Shown here: one piece after another, positions 1 to 13,609 of the stretch
Layout of the letters: each line of letters starts with the position of its first letter
How positions within the stretch are numbered: the stretch's first letter is position 1
Notes under the pieces: model-generated
What the model was told of the DNA's origin: nothing
Database searches by the model: none
Seen by the model: only the letters and a program-made list of their open reading frames with translations
Program-made: the position numbers and the translations under genes
DNA from: Callorhinchus milii
Taxonomy: Eukaryota
Direction of reading: 5' to 3'
Assembly: GCF_018977255.1 (NCBI RefSeq)
Contig: NW_024704743.1
Span: 52,082,001-52,146,000 of the forward strand
Length of the DNA stretch: 64,000 bases

Positions 1-1489
1 CTCATTATACTTGGCCTTTAAATGCACGGCCCAAAGGGTATTATGTTTTAACTTTGCGCCTTTTGCCTGCTTGTAACAAGAGGGATTTTGCTTCTTTTTA
101 TTTTCCCTCTGCAATTGAAGACCTGCCATATGGGAATCACAGAAACCTACTGTTCTGTAAATCCATTTTTCTAAACATCAGTTTGGAAATTCAGTCTTTT
201 TTTTAAAAGCATGAAATTGGAGCAGTGTTTTTTTAAAAAAAACTTTTTGAATTCCCATGCCTGCACTAGTCAATATGAAACCATTTAAGTGAAATGTGCA
301 CATTAACCCTGGACAGCTTGTGATAGCACTCCTCATTGATCAGATAAACAGTTTGCGAGATATTTGATTACAAAATGACGTACTCATTTAGTCATCTTTT
401 CATCCATGATGGGCTTATATTGAATGTGAAATGGCAAGAAAGTTGCCTCCCTAGGGTCTCATCTTGGCTTCAGTGAAGGGAGATCTGAAGTACAGTCTTT
501 CACTAATGCTCATTGGAGTAGTTTTCCCCTACCATCATGTGTTACTGCACTTTGTAAAATCTGCTGGTGATTCAGTCCATCCTATGCAGTCCTGTGTAAG
601 CATATAACACTGACAAATCTAGCTGCTCATCTTCCTCTGAAAAATGTTCTCACAGCCCTGCCTGCACCCCTTCAATCTCTGCTGTGCTCTCCACAGCTGT
701 TATTCTTTTGATTAGCACTTCTTGTTCCGCACGAATTCCAATGAATCAAATTCCATTTTNAAAATGGCATATGATTAATTTTAATTAACTCAGGATTTTT
801 TTTAAAACAAAATGTATCTCACTGTGGAATGCAGATACACAGCACAATGCATCAGTTTATTTCCACCTGCACCAACAGTCATCTCCATCCAGGAGCAATG
901 CTGTTATCGTCAGCATTGCAATTTATCTTTTGCATTTAATGTAGCACTACATTGTCGAGACATCTCAAAACGCATCACAGGTTACACTGTAAAAAGTAGT
1001 GACCATGCATTTTGTAGGTAAACGCTGCAGCCAATTTGCACACAGTAATATTGAGTTGACAAAGCTCTCTGGTTTTGCCCTATTGTTGGTATTTATTGGT
1101 CCTTACAGACGTGGCTGGGATATGGAGAGATCATAGATATCGGTTTGGGATCTCCTGTATGCATTATTCATATAGCATGGGACAAAATCTGCTGTATTCC
1201 TATGCGTTAAATAACACAAAAAATGGTTAAGGAATAATGTAATAATGTCATATTTATTCCTAATTCCTTAAATAATATTACCCTTAAACAGTTACGAGCA
1301 CTCAGCACACTGCTCCCAGCCTCCGATTTCCAGACTTCTGGTCAACTGACTGCTTGTTGGTGAAGTAAGTCAAGGAATGGACTACCTGTGGTCAGTTTCC
1401 CTGTGTAGACTAGGAACACGGTTTTAATTCTACATTAGGAGTTTTAACTTAGTTTTCCTGAGTGGATTTAAACCACGTTCCCAGCCTTT

Positions 1490-1600
1490 TGCTTGCAACA
1501 TATAAAGTCACTGCACTTTACAGCATATCCTGTGGAGGGAACTGAGACGGCCTCCTGACACGAAAGGTGCTATATTAAATGTAAGAATTATTATTATCAT
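1490..1600 (+). mobile_element. SINE 3' tail fragment (Deu-SINE/L2-type tail)
   Basis: gtcactgcactttacagcatatcctgtg...gaaaggtgctatattaaatgtaagaattattatt matches the tail of the full-length SINE copies in this window. Confidence 0.7.
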
Positions 1601-2204
1601 TAAAATATCAGGAAACTGACCACATAAAGTTGGACATAGGTTAAGGAATTCAGATTTTGAAAATCACAAGAAAAATGAAGGGAGGGAAAAAAACTAACAT
1701 TGTGGCACTAGGGAGCGTCACAGAATTGTCCTGACAATGCTGTGCTCACAGTTTTGCGCTCAATACATTACATCAATGCCATTAAGTAAAGGTTTTGAGT
1801 AGAGGCCACCTGGTGCACAGAAGAAGAGTAATATGCAGTCACAAACCTTCCGATGTCTGGTTACTGAGTGGCATTGGTAGAGCACAGAAAGCTGCTGCCA
1901 TCAGTCATGGGCAGAGCATGGTGTGGGACACAGGAAGACCAAAAGAGGGGACGAGGAAAAAATGTAAAACAACTTATGAGAAATAAATAATTTACATTCA
2001 ATAATAAACTGGAAGACGTGTCATTTTTTTAGTACCAGGTTTAACAAAATAAGCACTAACATGGTGAAATAAAACACATGTACCTTCTTCATCACAAACA
2101 TATTGTGTTTTCCATCCACCCTTTTACCCACTGCAGCTTGTATCATTAATCAACCATAAAAGGCAAACACTCATGTACCTCAGACTATGTAGTCGCCTGT
2201 TTTA

Positions 2205-2310
2205 ATTTATTTTTTGCTTATTTTATCCTCTTTTTATGTGGGGTACAATTTCACAGTCCTCCAGTGCCTCACCCAAGCGGCCAGTTTTCATGTGTGAGCC
2301 AAGAATAAGC
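2205..2310 (-). mobile_element. 3' fragment of an ancient SINE-like family (same as 20088-20550)
   Basis: Reverse complement ggctcacacatgaaaactggccgcttgggtgaggcactggagga aligns by eye to the copies at 11555-11925 and 20088-20550. Confidence 0.55.
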
Positions 2311-2454
2311 ACTTATTGGGAAAACAGCAATGTAAATAGTGACTCACATCAAACACAGCTTCTCAGGATGTAACATGTGGCTCCATATAGAAGCAGCCCC
2401 ATGTACATCATGCTGAGTTGGAGGCAATCTCCACTAAGAGCCAAATTCTCAAAA

Positions 2455-2720
2455 TTATAATAATTATAATCCTTGCATTTCATATAGCGCTTTTCACATC
2501 TTATAGATGTTTCAAAACGCTTCACAGGATATACTGTAAAGTGAATTGATTGTATATTTATGGGAGAAATATGGCAGCCAATTGTCCACAGCAATGCCCC
2601 ACAAACAGTTGTGGATTGAGTGACCAAATTATTATTGTTTAATTTGAGGGATTATTATCCCCGGAAAAGCGCTCCGACAATCGACTAACTACCGGGTTCC
2701 TACTTACTGTTAGGTAAACA
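2455..2720 (-). mobile_element. tRNA-headed SINE, long form, lacking the 5' head
   Basis: (TAA)n tail, ccttgcatttcatatagcgc, and the central segment gggttcctacttactgttaggtaaaca. Confidence 0.85.
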
Positions 2721-2935
2721 AAGGCCATGTCGTAGGTTGACATGAAACATGCTTGAGACCTCAAAACACATTGGTCAGTATTGTTTCCTGGCAAACACAA
2801 GCAATGATTGGTTATTCAGCCATGGAACATGCCACAACCTGATCATTAAAGTTAAACCATATAATTCACATATTACAGTGCAGTTATCAGGAATAACTCA
2901 GGATACTAAAACCAATTGAAACACAGGTTAACTCA

Positions 2936-3150
2936 ACAACAACGTCAAAGCAATAACTTGCATTTATATAGTCCCCTTCACGCAGGGTAGCATTGTGGAG
3001 CACTTAACAGTGGTGGAACATGATGCTGAGCCGGGAGGGAGGGAAGTTGACTGAAGTTGACTTGAAGAGAAAGGTCTTCAGGTACAATCTGAAGATGGAC
3101 AAGGAGGGAGCAAAGCAAATGGATTGAGACAGAGAGTTCCAACTCAGAAA
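2936..3150 (-). mobile_element. L2 LINE 3' end fragment
   Basis: caataacttgcatttatatag...gggtagcat...gagcactt tail followed by purine-rich L2-like sequence. Confidence 0.65.
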
Positions 3151-3494
3151 GGACTTGTCATTTTCAGGTCTGTATGACCTTGTGCCTTTATCCACTACAC
3201 CACAAGGAGCATCAATAGATTGCGCTTAAACACCTCTATTTCTGTGTCATCTTACTTCAAAGTTATTATGCCAGAGATTTTCTAATTAGAAACCTCATCT
3301 CACATACTGTGTTGTGATGTGTAAAAAAATATTCACTATTCCTCTTAAAATCAGACTGGTTTCAAAATGTATCTCTTTGGTAACAAGTGAAGGGTGAGTA
3401 AGTCATTTTAATCATCAGGACTTTCTTTGCTACAAGGAACCTCATTATAACCCAGGCCTCAGCGTATAAGGTTAGTGTGAAAAAATGGTTGACT

Positions 3495-3645
3495 TGAGCT
3501 TCCCGCCTTGGTCACTTCTTGCATAATTCGCATGTGACCAGATGCTTCCCACGTACTCAGGCATCCAACACTCAGGAAGTGACATCAGTGTTAACCTGAC
3601 AAATCTGACGTCAACCATTATTTTACATTAGGAAGCCAGGTAAGC
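3495..3645. promoter_or_regulatory. candidate enhancer/promoter motif cluster
   Basis: TTCCCGCC (E2F-like), CAGGAAGT (ETS, 3573-3580) overlapping TGACATCA, and a perfect CRE TGACGTCA (3606-3613) in non-repeat DNA; motif match only. Confidence 0.25.
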
Positions 3646-4499
3646 TATGGTTCTGTCTAGCATGAGTGCACACAGGACCTGCTTTATAAGCAAGACAGCA
3701 CTATACTAAAAGGCATTGTAATGATATTCACCTGTATAATGCTCTAATAATTAATATTCTTAGCTTGGCTACATGAGATTATTTTTGTTTTGGAAACTAT
3801 GCAGTATAATAGTAATGAAGGGCCGATGCAGATTTGTATATTGTAAACAAAATTGCTACAAATGATCCTTGCATTTCAGGGGATCAGACACTCTAAAAAA
3901 GAAGTACTATACTTTCATCTCTACGTGCACCCTTCATAGAATTCAGGCTGTGTAGCTGAACATTTATTGGACACACGGTTATTTCACAAAGGACATGGAT
4001 TTGTAGCTGAGGTCGGAACTCACTCACTCAATGGAAGCCAATCAATGATCTTGCCTATTGGTTGAGCACTGTATTTTAATTAAAAAGTTAATCTATATAA
4101 CGGTTCCGGTAATATATCCCTGCAATTCCGCAAAATCCATTGTACAGTAGTTTTTCCATGTAAAATAGATCTTGTAAACTACAGTAATGATCTTGAATGT
4201 GTTTGGTGTGACTACAAAGAAAGACAAAATCACTTACTTTTAGTAACCTGAGTGAGGCCGCCCGTGACAATTGCTTCTCTCAACTTTCCTCTCTTGTTCC
4301 ATTCAAGCTCCAATACACTTCTATGCACTTCCTCTTGAAATCAAAACTCCTTACTTACCTCTAACCTTCCTCAGTCCACTCTTCCTCCATAGTCCATGAG
4401 CTAGTAAGATTTCTTAACTTATTTTTCGGCTTCCTCTTTCAACTTTGGTGGAATGCTTAATCTGCTTTCCCTTTGGTTTCTCAATAAAACTAAGAAAGG

Positions 4500-4765
4500 A
4501 GCTAGTCCGTGTGCTAGGAGTGACATCAGGAAGCAGTTTTTCACCCAAAAAGTAGTGGAAATCTGGAACTCTTTCCCTAAAAAGGCTGTAGACGCTGGAT
4601 CCATTCAAATTTTCAAGACTGAGTTGATAGATTTTTGTTAGGTAAGGATATCAAGGGATATAGGACAAGGGCACATAATTGGAGTTGAGGTACAGATCAG
4701 CCATAATCTTACAGAATGGCAGAACAAACTCAAGGAGCTGAATGGCCTACTCCTGTTCTTATGTC
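4500..4765 (+). mobile_element. CR1 LINE 3' end
   Basis: Frame reads RKQFFTQKVVEIWNSFP...FKTELIDF (CR1 ORF2 C-terminus); 3'UTR gatcagccat...ctgaatggcctactcctgttc. Confidence 0.9.
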
Positions 4766-4884
4766 CTAGTGTAGCCCACTTTTGTTAAGTGGCTTTGCAA
4801 GATTTTGACACTGTAAGTGCTAGATTTAATGCACGTATTATTTATTCATTCCAGATTCTCATTATTTTTCCTAGTGAGTCATCA

Positions 4885-5180
4885 AACCCACGTACAACCC
4901 TTGTGATACAAGTGGATGTTAAGAAATCTCCTGTAACTATGACAAAGAAAAATAAAACATTACTCTGGGTTCTCCTAGCTAATTACCATCCCTCATCCAA
5001 ATTCACAAGAAGAATTTCACATTTTGTGGCCACTTATCTCATGTAGAATGTTGCTGGGCAAATTAGCTGCCACAGTTGCCTATATACCATTCATTTCATT
5101 CAAATTGACAGTTTCCTAATTTTGTGAAGAATTTCAAGATGTTCATTGTACTTGAAAAGCATTCTTCAAGTGAAAGTTGC
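4885..5180 (+). mobile_element. degraded Deu-domain SINE
   Basis: gtggatgttaagaaatctc...aaattagctgcc...gtgaagaatttcaagatg resembles the Deu core and tail. Confidence 0.55.
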
Positions 5181-7243
5181 AATAGGACTTTTACATTGCA
5201 AAGGAATCATGTTAATATAAAACCTCGTGGAGGAGGTCAAATTCCATTGGGATGATCCCCACCTCCCCAACACTGAGAAGAAATACTATATTGATCCAAA
5301 CAAATTTATGTTAAGAAAGTTTAGGCATCCATTCTCTAAATTCAAGTGGTGTTAAAGTAAGAGTTAACAAAATAGAATTAAGTCAGTGTGAGGATTCCTT
5401 GTGGCTCTTAAGATACTCTTTGTAGCACTTCACGCATGTTTGGTTATTACATTTATTCCACATAAAAGTGAAATATTGTTTTTTAATAAAACAATAGTTC
5501 TGTATCATCTTAACAAATAGGCTGCATTATTTTAATTTATCCTCTTGCACAGCTCAGTAAAATGGATTGGCCCAGTTTTCTAAGTGGCCATTGAAGCCCA
5601 GTACATGAGAGTTGTTTCATGGCATATCCAAATCTGTTCTCCCATTTAAGACAATAGAAGCGTAAGAGGGCAGCAGAACTTCATACTCACTGTTGCAGTG
5701 TGTGTTTTGCATGCACAGTGCCTTGGGATTTATAATAGGAGGATGAAAATGTTGACATGAAGCCCTTGTATGGCTCAGTTTTTGCACTATGTACCTTTGT
5801 ATCCCACCTGAAGAACTTCCTCATTCACTAGATTCTCAACCACATCCCAGCTTGGGCTCCCCCTCAGTCTTTTTAAAAGGTTTTGAGATGTTCTATCGAC
5901 ATGAAAATTGCTTTATAAGTGTAAATTGTTGTTGCAGTAATACAGAAATGCCTGAAATGACAGAAAGTCAACCCATCATTTAAAAGAGAAAGAAATGTGA
6001 ATGCTTTGGGTGTGACCTTTTATCAGAATCCACCTACTTTTGAGGTGGAAGAAGCTTTCAAAACATTGGGTTTTCAATGGGTAAAACAATTTTCTAAGTG
6101 TCACACAGTGAGGAACATTATTCAGTGGATAGCTTCTGTCCAGCATTCTTGCGGACACATTCCTGCAGTGTGCCTTTCCTCCGTGGACAATCTATTATTG
6201 TTTAAAGGCTTGTTGTACTTTTGAAGAGGCTTTTTTTTGCTGCTTTCTTAGCTGAGCAGGTTTGAAACCAAAGGTTTCCATTGTACTAATTGTACACCTT
6301 GCACTGTTGTCTACATTTCTAAGCTTAATAAGAAACCAAGCTCCACCCCTCTATTCCTCCTGTAAAACATAAACCTTTTGGAAAGGTTTACACTGGAGCA
6401 AGGATTTATCATTGCCCTATAACTTACTCGTACAGTCAATGTGTCAGATTATCAACACTTTACCGAGCGGGCTATTCCTTTATGTTTTAGACATTTAGCC
6501 TGCACAATTTTACTTAACCCTATTTTCACTCATGTTTTATTTCTATTTTCTTTCTTTTTTTTCTTCAATTGTAACTTCACTATTTGTTTGTGGGTTGCTG
6601 TTGGGGTAGATTAGCTGCTGCATTTGTCTAATTGACATTCTGTATTATGTACAATTTAATATTTACTTCCAGATGGTCATTGATTGTGTTATTAATTTAA
6701 GGTTCATCTGCCTTGGGATTGAGGTGAATGGAAAGGGACTGCCCTGCCATTGTTGTTTCAAAGAAACATGGTGTCTTTCTCCCGGTTATTTTGGTTTATA
6801 TTCGCCCTCCTAATCCAAATTTATCGCTATATTCAAATGAATTGCCTGCTTATCTCTTTACTATTTGGGGGATGTTGGTGGAACAGATTAGCTGACGTTT
6901 TTGCCTGAATAACAACATTAATTTCATTGCTAATCAATTATAATTTGTGAAGTGCTTTAAGACATTTTATATGGAAATGCTATATAAATGCAAGTTATTA
7001 TTAACAACAATAAATGATTTCCACCATATGATGATGTTACTGTAATGCCCTCTTAATGACATAATTTCATATGCAGGTTTCTCAACTGCTATTTTTTTCT
7101 GCTTATTCTACGTCACCATATCCATAATATGAATAATTCAGTTATGGAGGGAAAAATGTTTCATTATTGCAGATGAATTTAAGAGAATAGAATCTAATTT
7201 GCAGCACATTTTGATAGTTTTCCTGTCAACCCACAAGTTGTGT

Positions 7244-7580
7244 GTCAGTCTGGCTCAATTGGTAGCACTCTCCATTGTGTCAGAAGGTTGTTGGTTCAAA
7301 CCAGACATTAAATCAAGGCCCCGTCTTCCTGTCCAAGTGGAGATTAAAAATCCCATGGCATTATTCAAAAAGAGAAGGGAGTTTCTCACAGTGTCCTGGT
7401 CAACAATCCACCAGATAAAGTTGTCCATGGCTATTTGTGGGACATGGTTATATGCAAATTGGCTGGTGCATTCACCGACAAAATACAATCACAAAATTTT
7501 ACACTGTATCCTGTGAAATGTGTAGAAAGGTAAATTCATAGACACTTCTTGGCATGAAAGATACTATATTATGCAATGAT
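7244..7580 (+). mobile_element. Deu-domain SINE (SacSINE1/AmnSINE1-like)
   Basis: tRNA-like head ggctcaattggtagcactc, Deu core aatcccatggcattattcaaaaagagaagggagtttctc, L2-type tail. Confidence 0.85.
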
Positions 7581-8776
7581 TTTTAAAAATTATTAAATCT
7601 GCTCTGGATAGATCACATAAGAGTGGAGTTCCATATTTCTGAGATCAGTGTGATGTATTTTTGGTTACCAGAAGTCTCCCATAGCATGCTTCAGACTCCG
7701 TATTAAGGAATCACATTAAGAAAGACCCAAAATCATTTGCATTCTTTTCCCTGAAAATGTAACTCCATCAATGAAACCAATTCAGGATAATTTACCTTTG
7801 AGTTTACACGAGCCAAGAGTCATAGAAGAGCTTTTAACAAGGAGACCCTACACAAAACTAGCAGGTTTTGTCAATGGTAAAGTGGGTATCACTTGTGTCA
7901 CTCCAGATCTAACGACTTGAGTGACACAATGTGCAACTTCAAAAAGTGACATAAATCAAACAGGCCTTGCAAGCTTAGTTGAAATATGTTATACTTCATG
8001 TTTGGGCTGCAGGATATCAGGCTTGAAGAATACTTAAGACTTGGCTTTGTTGCTCAAAAAAAGAATAGAAATGTATAGTGTTGATTCTCATACCAAGCAA
8101 ATGGTGTGCACTGAAGGGGATCATTTTAATACAGTACTAAGGATTAGTAATAGTTTGGTGAATTAAATTAAAAGGGATTTGCAATTATTAGATTCACAAT
8201 TCGGTGCAGTCAACTGTAATCTTTATCTATGATGTATCTGACGCAGACAGAAAACAATTCGACTAGATGATTAAAATGCTGTTATGTATTCCCAGATCTT
8301 AAAATAGAGCAGATCCTAAATAATGGATTGAGGAGAAAGGACAGCATTGGTTGTGAGGAATATTTTCTCTTTTTTCAGGAGGCAAAGACAAACGGCTATA
8401 GCTTGTCCTTATTGATTTTCTGGGGTCAGAGCACTGGATTATCCCAGTGATAAAGGAATCTGGATGTCAGAAACAGAGACTAATGACACAAAGGCACAAC
8501 CATGGGATGTACTACACAAGTCTTTTCAAACAATAGAAAGGTAAATTCATAGACACCCTCAGACAGAGATAAAGCGTAGAGGCATATCCCATCAAATAGA
8601 GAGATTAACAAATCCTGCTCAAAAACAGACACACTTAACTCATTTCACTGACTCTTTTTTCTTTTTTTGTCCCGTCTGATTGATGCTACAAGGTCTGTGA
8701 CCTCCGCGTTGATCTGAGAATCCGACGGCCAATTATTATTTGTAACAGGAGTTACTGGAAAAGATAATAACATCTC

Positions 8777-9350
8777 TCATAGAGTCATAGAATTACATAG
8801 AAAATTATAGCATGGAAACAGACTATTCAGCTCAACTACATGTTTCCATGCAACCCTCCACCTTTCCATAACCCCCTCTCCTTAACATCCCTATTCTCTT
8901 TTCCCTCCAACATGCATCAAGTTTCTTCTTAAATATGCTGATGATTCAACAACACAGAGCCAGATGAATGGTCCCATAGTGTCTGTGCCAGTTCTCTGAA
9001 GGAACTGTGCATTTTGTCCCACTATCCTGTCTAATCCCCATACACTATATATTCTCAGTACAAATATTTGCCCAAATCTCTTTTAAATGCTATTATGGAT
9101 TACAGACTTAAAAGCTATTATGGCTAATGATAACAACCTTAATAATATGGTTGATAAAATCTTCTTACCCCTCTCTCCCCTTTGTGTTTCTGGTGATGTT
9201 TTCACGTTTATCCCCTCCAGTTACTGGTTCAGTGACCAAAATAAATAGTTTCTTCCTGTTTACCTTATCAAAACTCCTCAAAATATTGAATTCCTATCCT
9301 CCCAAACACTCTGCTGCAGTAAAATCAGCCTCAGTTGTTTTTAACTCCCT
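8777..9350 (-). mobile_element. cluster of CR1 LINE 3' fragments
   Basis: catagagtcatagaatt tail repeats, CR1-like 3'UTR, and tttaccttatcaaaactcctcaaaatattgaa (antisense ORF2 end). Confidence 0.65.
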
Positions 9351-9454
9351 TGCACTTCGCATTGCTTGCTGAAGTAAGTATACATGGTCAGCAATTCCCG
9401 GTGACATTAACTGGACAACAATTTCCTGTGAAGCATTTTGAAGCCCGATTCAAC

Positions 9455-9648
9455 AATTATTTTAAAGGGATTATTACCCCTAGAAAAGTGATCTGCTAAT
9501 CGACTGACAACCGGGTTCCTGCATACTGCTAAGTAAACAGGCATGTGGAGTAAGGAAACTTGCCCAACATTTCACCCTGCCCTGGAATCGTACCCAGGTC
9601 TCTCGCTTGTGAGGCGAGTGCTCTAACCACTGAGCTGCAGGACTTCAC
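9455..9648 (-). mobile_element. tRNA-headed SINE, long form, 5' half
   Basis: Reverse complement gtcctgcagctcagtggttagagcactcgcctcacaagcgagagacctggg plus the central cctgtttacttagcagt segment. Confidence 0.85.
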
Positions 9649-10308
9649 ACATCCATTTAATGCTTTGAGTGGAACTTTTCTTTTGGACTTTACCAAAGTT
9701 CCCTAGTGGTTGCCTCAAATCTGCCCTGTTAGTAAACCATAGCCTGGTTACTCATCAGTGCCCTTGTGTTAATCACCAATCACATCCATTATTAAGTGGC
9801 AGACCTGACTGAACAAACTCTTTCACTACTGTTATGACCTGAGCATGTTTATTGAACGGTGCATTTGAAACAAGATATAGTTTCTCTCCTGTAGAAGAAA
9901 TCAGCTTTATAATAGTTGCTGCATATAAAAGTGTTCTGAACTACAAATCTATTGGAGCGTTATTATTGACAGTGATGAGGTGATAGGCACGTTTTAGGAT
10001 TGAAAAACAATATATCATTTTTACACACCAGCTACAATAACTAGATTCAACTGCTTTCTGTATTTAAATGTACAGTACACATATCCCAGACTTGGAAGCT
10101 ACTTAATCTAACTTTTGCAATCAATTAGCCAGCACAAAACATGCCACCATTTACTTTGCAACATAGGGAATGATGAGTTGCAAAGATTTCCCTGTAAAAC
10201 ATCCAGTTTATGCCATGACGCAGTTTGTCCAGCAGACCGATGCCAATAACAATACCGCTTTCAAGAGGAACACTTTTTCAACACGAATCGCTGAATGAAC
10301 CCAATGTA

Positions 10309-10385
10309 CACAGGAAGACTCTATTATAATGCGGTGGTTTGGGTCCATAAATTCAGAGTTCATATTATAAGGAGGTGAGCTAATA
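10309..10385 (+). mobile_element. Tigger/pogo-like MITE left end
   Basis: caggaagactctattataatgcggtggtttggg resembles the left TIR of 52799-53129. Confidence 0.4.
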
Positions 10386-11284
10386 AATTTCCTTTGGTCA
10401 GCGCATCCATGTCATTAGGTCACCACCACCACCCTGCGCATTGCATGCAGGAACTGGTGTCCTACCTGTGCAAAGAATGGCATGCTGCCTCTTGATATTA
10501 AGACAATTACATTTATCGCCTAAATAATGATACATAATTAAGCTTTTTTTAAATTATAAATTTACTATTGCTGATTCAATGCAACATCAATGGGTTCATG
10601 TCTGTTACACAGTTTAGCAACTGCAAATCAACCAATTAACCATTGTTACTATCACTACTTTGTTTTGTCCTGCTGGAAACCGAGGAAAAATGGCGAAGCC
10701 ATATTTCTAGGAGCATAAATTTCATATAGGCCATCTTTTAAACAAGAGGGGAAATGTGTAAGCCAAATGGCCATAAGCAATGGCTAATAGTGGTGCAAAG
10801 CATGGGTTAAAACTGCACTAGTCAATAAAAACTCAGAAACGAAGACGGCAGCAAGAACTGTCTGAAAGGTCTCCATTGGCCAGCAAGAGCGAATAATGAT
10901 TATAATTCATATCTACAAAGCAAGCACTAGCGTGAGTTGCACTCACTTTTTCCAACAGGAATACAAGCACCTGCAATTTTCCAACTGATAAGTGGAAAAA
11001 GAAATGTTACACATCCACTGACTTTTTTTTACACACACACACGATGTACTTTGTTCGTTACAATTATTATTATACTCACTTACTAAAATATCCAGGCCAG
11101 AGCCCTTTAACTAGCTCAGTACGTAATGCACCATGTTGTATAACAATATTTTTTGCATTGGATGTTACACCAACTTTTACCTTATTATTGTGAGGAACAG
11201 GTCCATAGATCAGCCTACTCATGGTGACTGGCACTCGGAGACAGACTGATGACAGAACAACTGCTGTGGTGATGGAGAAAGAAA

Positions 11285-11527
11285 TGTCTCAAAACACTTC
11301 ACAGCAATTACTCTTAAATGTGCTGACGAGGTATTTGTAGGTGAATGCAGCAGTCAATTTGCACACATCAGCTTCCCACAAAAAGCCATGAAGTGAAATA
11401 TCAGTTGAACTAGAGGATTGTTGCCCAGGACACCAGGAGAAACTCCTTTCTCTTGATGAATAGTGTCATCGGTTCTTTAACATCCACCTGAACAAGAAGG
11501 TGGGACCACAGTTTAATGACTCATCCA
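11285..11527 (-). mobile_element. Deu-domain SINE fragment
   Basis: gcagcagtcaattt...ccagggacaccaggagaaactcc...tttaacatccacctgaac. Confidence 0.75.
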
Positions 11528-11554
11528 AACTAATCCGAATGTTCCAGAACAATG

Positions 11555-11925
11555 CAAACATACCAAGAAGGTGCCACATTCGATCACTAATCTGTGCTTT
11601 TGGCTGATCTGTCAGACTAATGAGGACAAATCTATTGGACAGTGTTCTTGAGCTCAGGAGTGTTAATCAGTCATGATACTTGTTCCTGGTCACTATCTGA
11701 TGGCTCCAACTGCAAAGAATGCTCATGTAGACATCAGGACACAACTCTGATTAGAAGAAATGCACCCCCCATGGTCAAACACCTTGTCAACGCTCACTGC
11801 CAGGGCACTCACATGAAGAATGATCACTTGAGTAGATATTGGAAGGGCTACTAGAGCTCATAAAACTGTACACTCGCATGATTCAAAACTATCAGAAGAG
11901 GAACAAGGGAGAAAAATTACTTGGA
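11555..11925 (+). mobile_element. ancient SINE-like family (unnamed here)
   Basis: B-box-like ttcgatc; cctggtcactatc...ctcactgccagggcactcacatgaagaatgatcacttg...gaggaacaagggagaaaaa shared with 20088-20550 and 43765-44190. Confidence 0.6.
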
Positions 11926-13299
11926 AAATGCCATGTCTGTCACCTGTATGTAACTGTGAAGTCTCAACACAGAATATCTTAAGTTTAAAGCTTTTCCCTA
12001 AGATCATAATTTGAAACTCTCTAAAAGACTCATTATTTCAAAATATATGGCCAAAAACATTCCTATTTCTGGAAGTATCATTCTCAGAAGGTCCATTATT
12101 TGTACCCAGATAATTTGTGATTTCCAAGGCAGAAATATATATCAGCAGTATCTTTAAGCCTTGTGCAAAATGACAACTGGATAATATATTAGAAGTATTG
12201 CAAATTTAGCCAATTAATTTGTCGCTAAAGATTTTTTAGCCCATGAATTCAGATCAGAGTGTGAAAATATTTATGAGAGTGAAGCCTGTGAAGATGTACA
12301 TTATACTGATGGGATTTTTGATAAATGAAACATATAGGGATCCAGCAGCTTTAATCATAGAGAGATGTAGAGAAATGAATTAAACTGAACACATTTGGCT
12401 TTTTGATGTTTTGCCATTGATTCACATTCAAAAGAAAATGTGACTTTTGCTTTAATGGTGTGTCGATGCCATAACAGTTACAGATTTAATGCACAGTTCT
12501 ACAGATTGGATGTATTTCAATTGCACAGCTGTAATAGCTTCAGAATTGTTTCTCTTGTATTTCTATGTGGTAGTTATAAAGAGGTAACTCAGCTGTGAAA
12601 TCATTAACCTTAAAGTCATCTTACCTTCCTAACCAGGACTTTCCAGTGTATTGGGACTGTCATTTATGTAGAGTATGGTATTCATATCCAGACCCCTGGC
12701 AACCTGACCTGTTGACAACAAGTGAATTTGAGAACATCAGGCTAAATAGGGATACGGTATCTCTTCAAAGGCTTTAACTCTTATTTCTTATATGTGATCT
12801 CTTTCTCTCTCTTGCTTTCGCTCTCTTCCAACTTTTGTTTATCTCCCTACATTATTTGGTGATCAATATTCCTCCTCTTAATAAAATTTTGTCAGCCATT
12901 ACACAGAATTATGTACAATTCCACAACATTTTAGTGACCTCATTCACAGTCTCACGTTTAGGAATGAAGCAGTAAATTATAATGGCTTTGTGCTTTCCAC
13001 GGGCTCTTTATTACAGCCACGATGATCAGCACAGTAAGTGTGAGTAAACACACCAATTATTTTCATCTATATCATGTATATCGATTATTCCTATCTATGT
13101 AGTTTTCTGTAGACACCTCCCCCCACCATTACATCCCAGCTATATGTGGGGCATTGCTGTGCTCAAATTGGCTTCTATGTTTGCCTACAAAAGCACAGTC
13201 ACTACATGTAACAATAATTGCAGTAATTACTTTGAGATGTTTTGACATTAGAGCCATGAGATCAAATGCCAGAAACAAAATATAAAATGCAATTATATG

Positions 13300-13609
13300 G
13301 TGGAGTCCTGTAGCTCAGTGGTTAGAGCACTCGCTTTGCAAGTGAGAGACCTGAGTTCAATTCCAGGCAGGGCAAAACCTTGGGCAAGTTTCCTTACTCC
13401 ACACACCTAATAATAATCCCTCCAAAACCAAAAACAGATTGGTCATTTTCAATCTACGACTGTTTGTGGGACATTGCTGTGCGCAATTGGCTGCCGCGTT
13501 CGCCCACAAATATACAGTCAATTCACTTTACAGTGTGTTCTGTGAAGCGCTTTGGGACTTCCTCCCAACGTGAAAAGCGCTATATCAAATGCAAGGATTA
13601 TTATTATTA
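13300..13609 (+). mobile_element. young tRNA(Ala-like)-derived SINE, short form, full length
   Basis: GTGGAGTCCTGTAGCTCAGTGGTTAGAGC A box, GTTCAATTCC B box, Deu-type 3' part, L2-type stem-loop tail, (ATT)n end; near-identical to four other copies. Confidence 0.95.

Noticed and set aside
1700..1820. Two weaker CTCF-like words (gcactagggagcg; ggccacctggtgc)
   Set aside because: Mismatches at core positions; chance matches cannot be excluded.
13304..13376. tRNA-Ala(TGC)-like cloverleaf (also in the copies at 17972, 19779-20086, 55069-55420 and 63111)
   Set aside because: Each continues directly into a SINE body and tail, and the anticodon loop varies among copies (TGC/CGC/CAC), so these are SINE heads, not tRNA genes.
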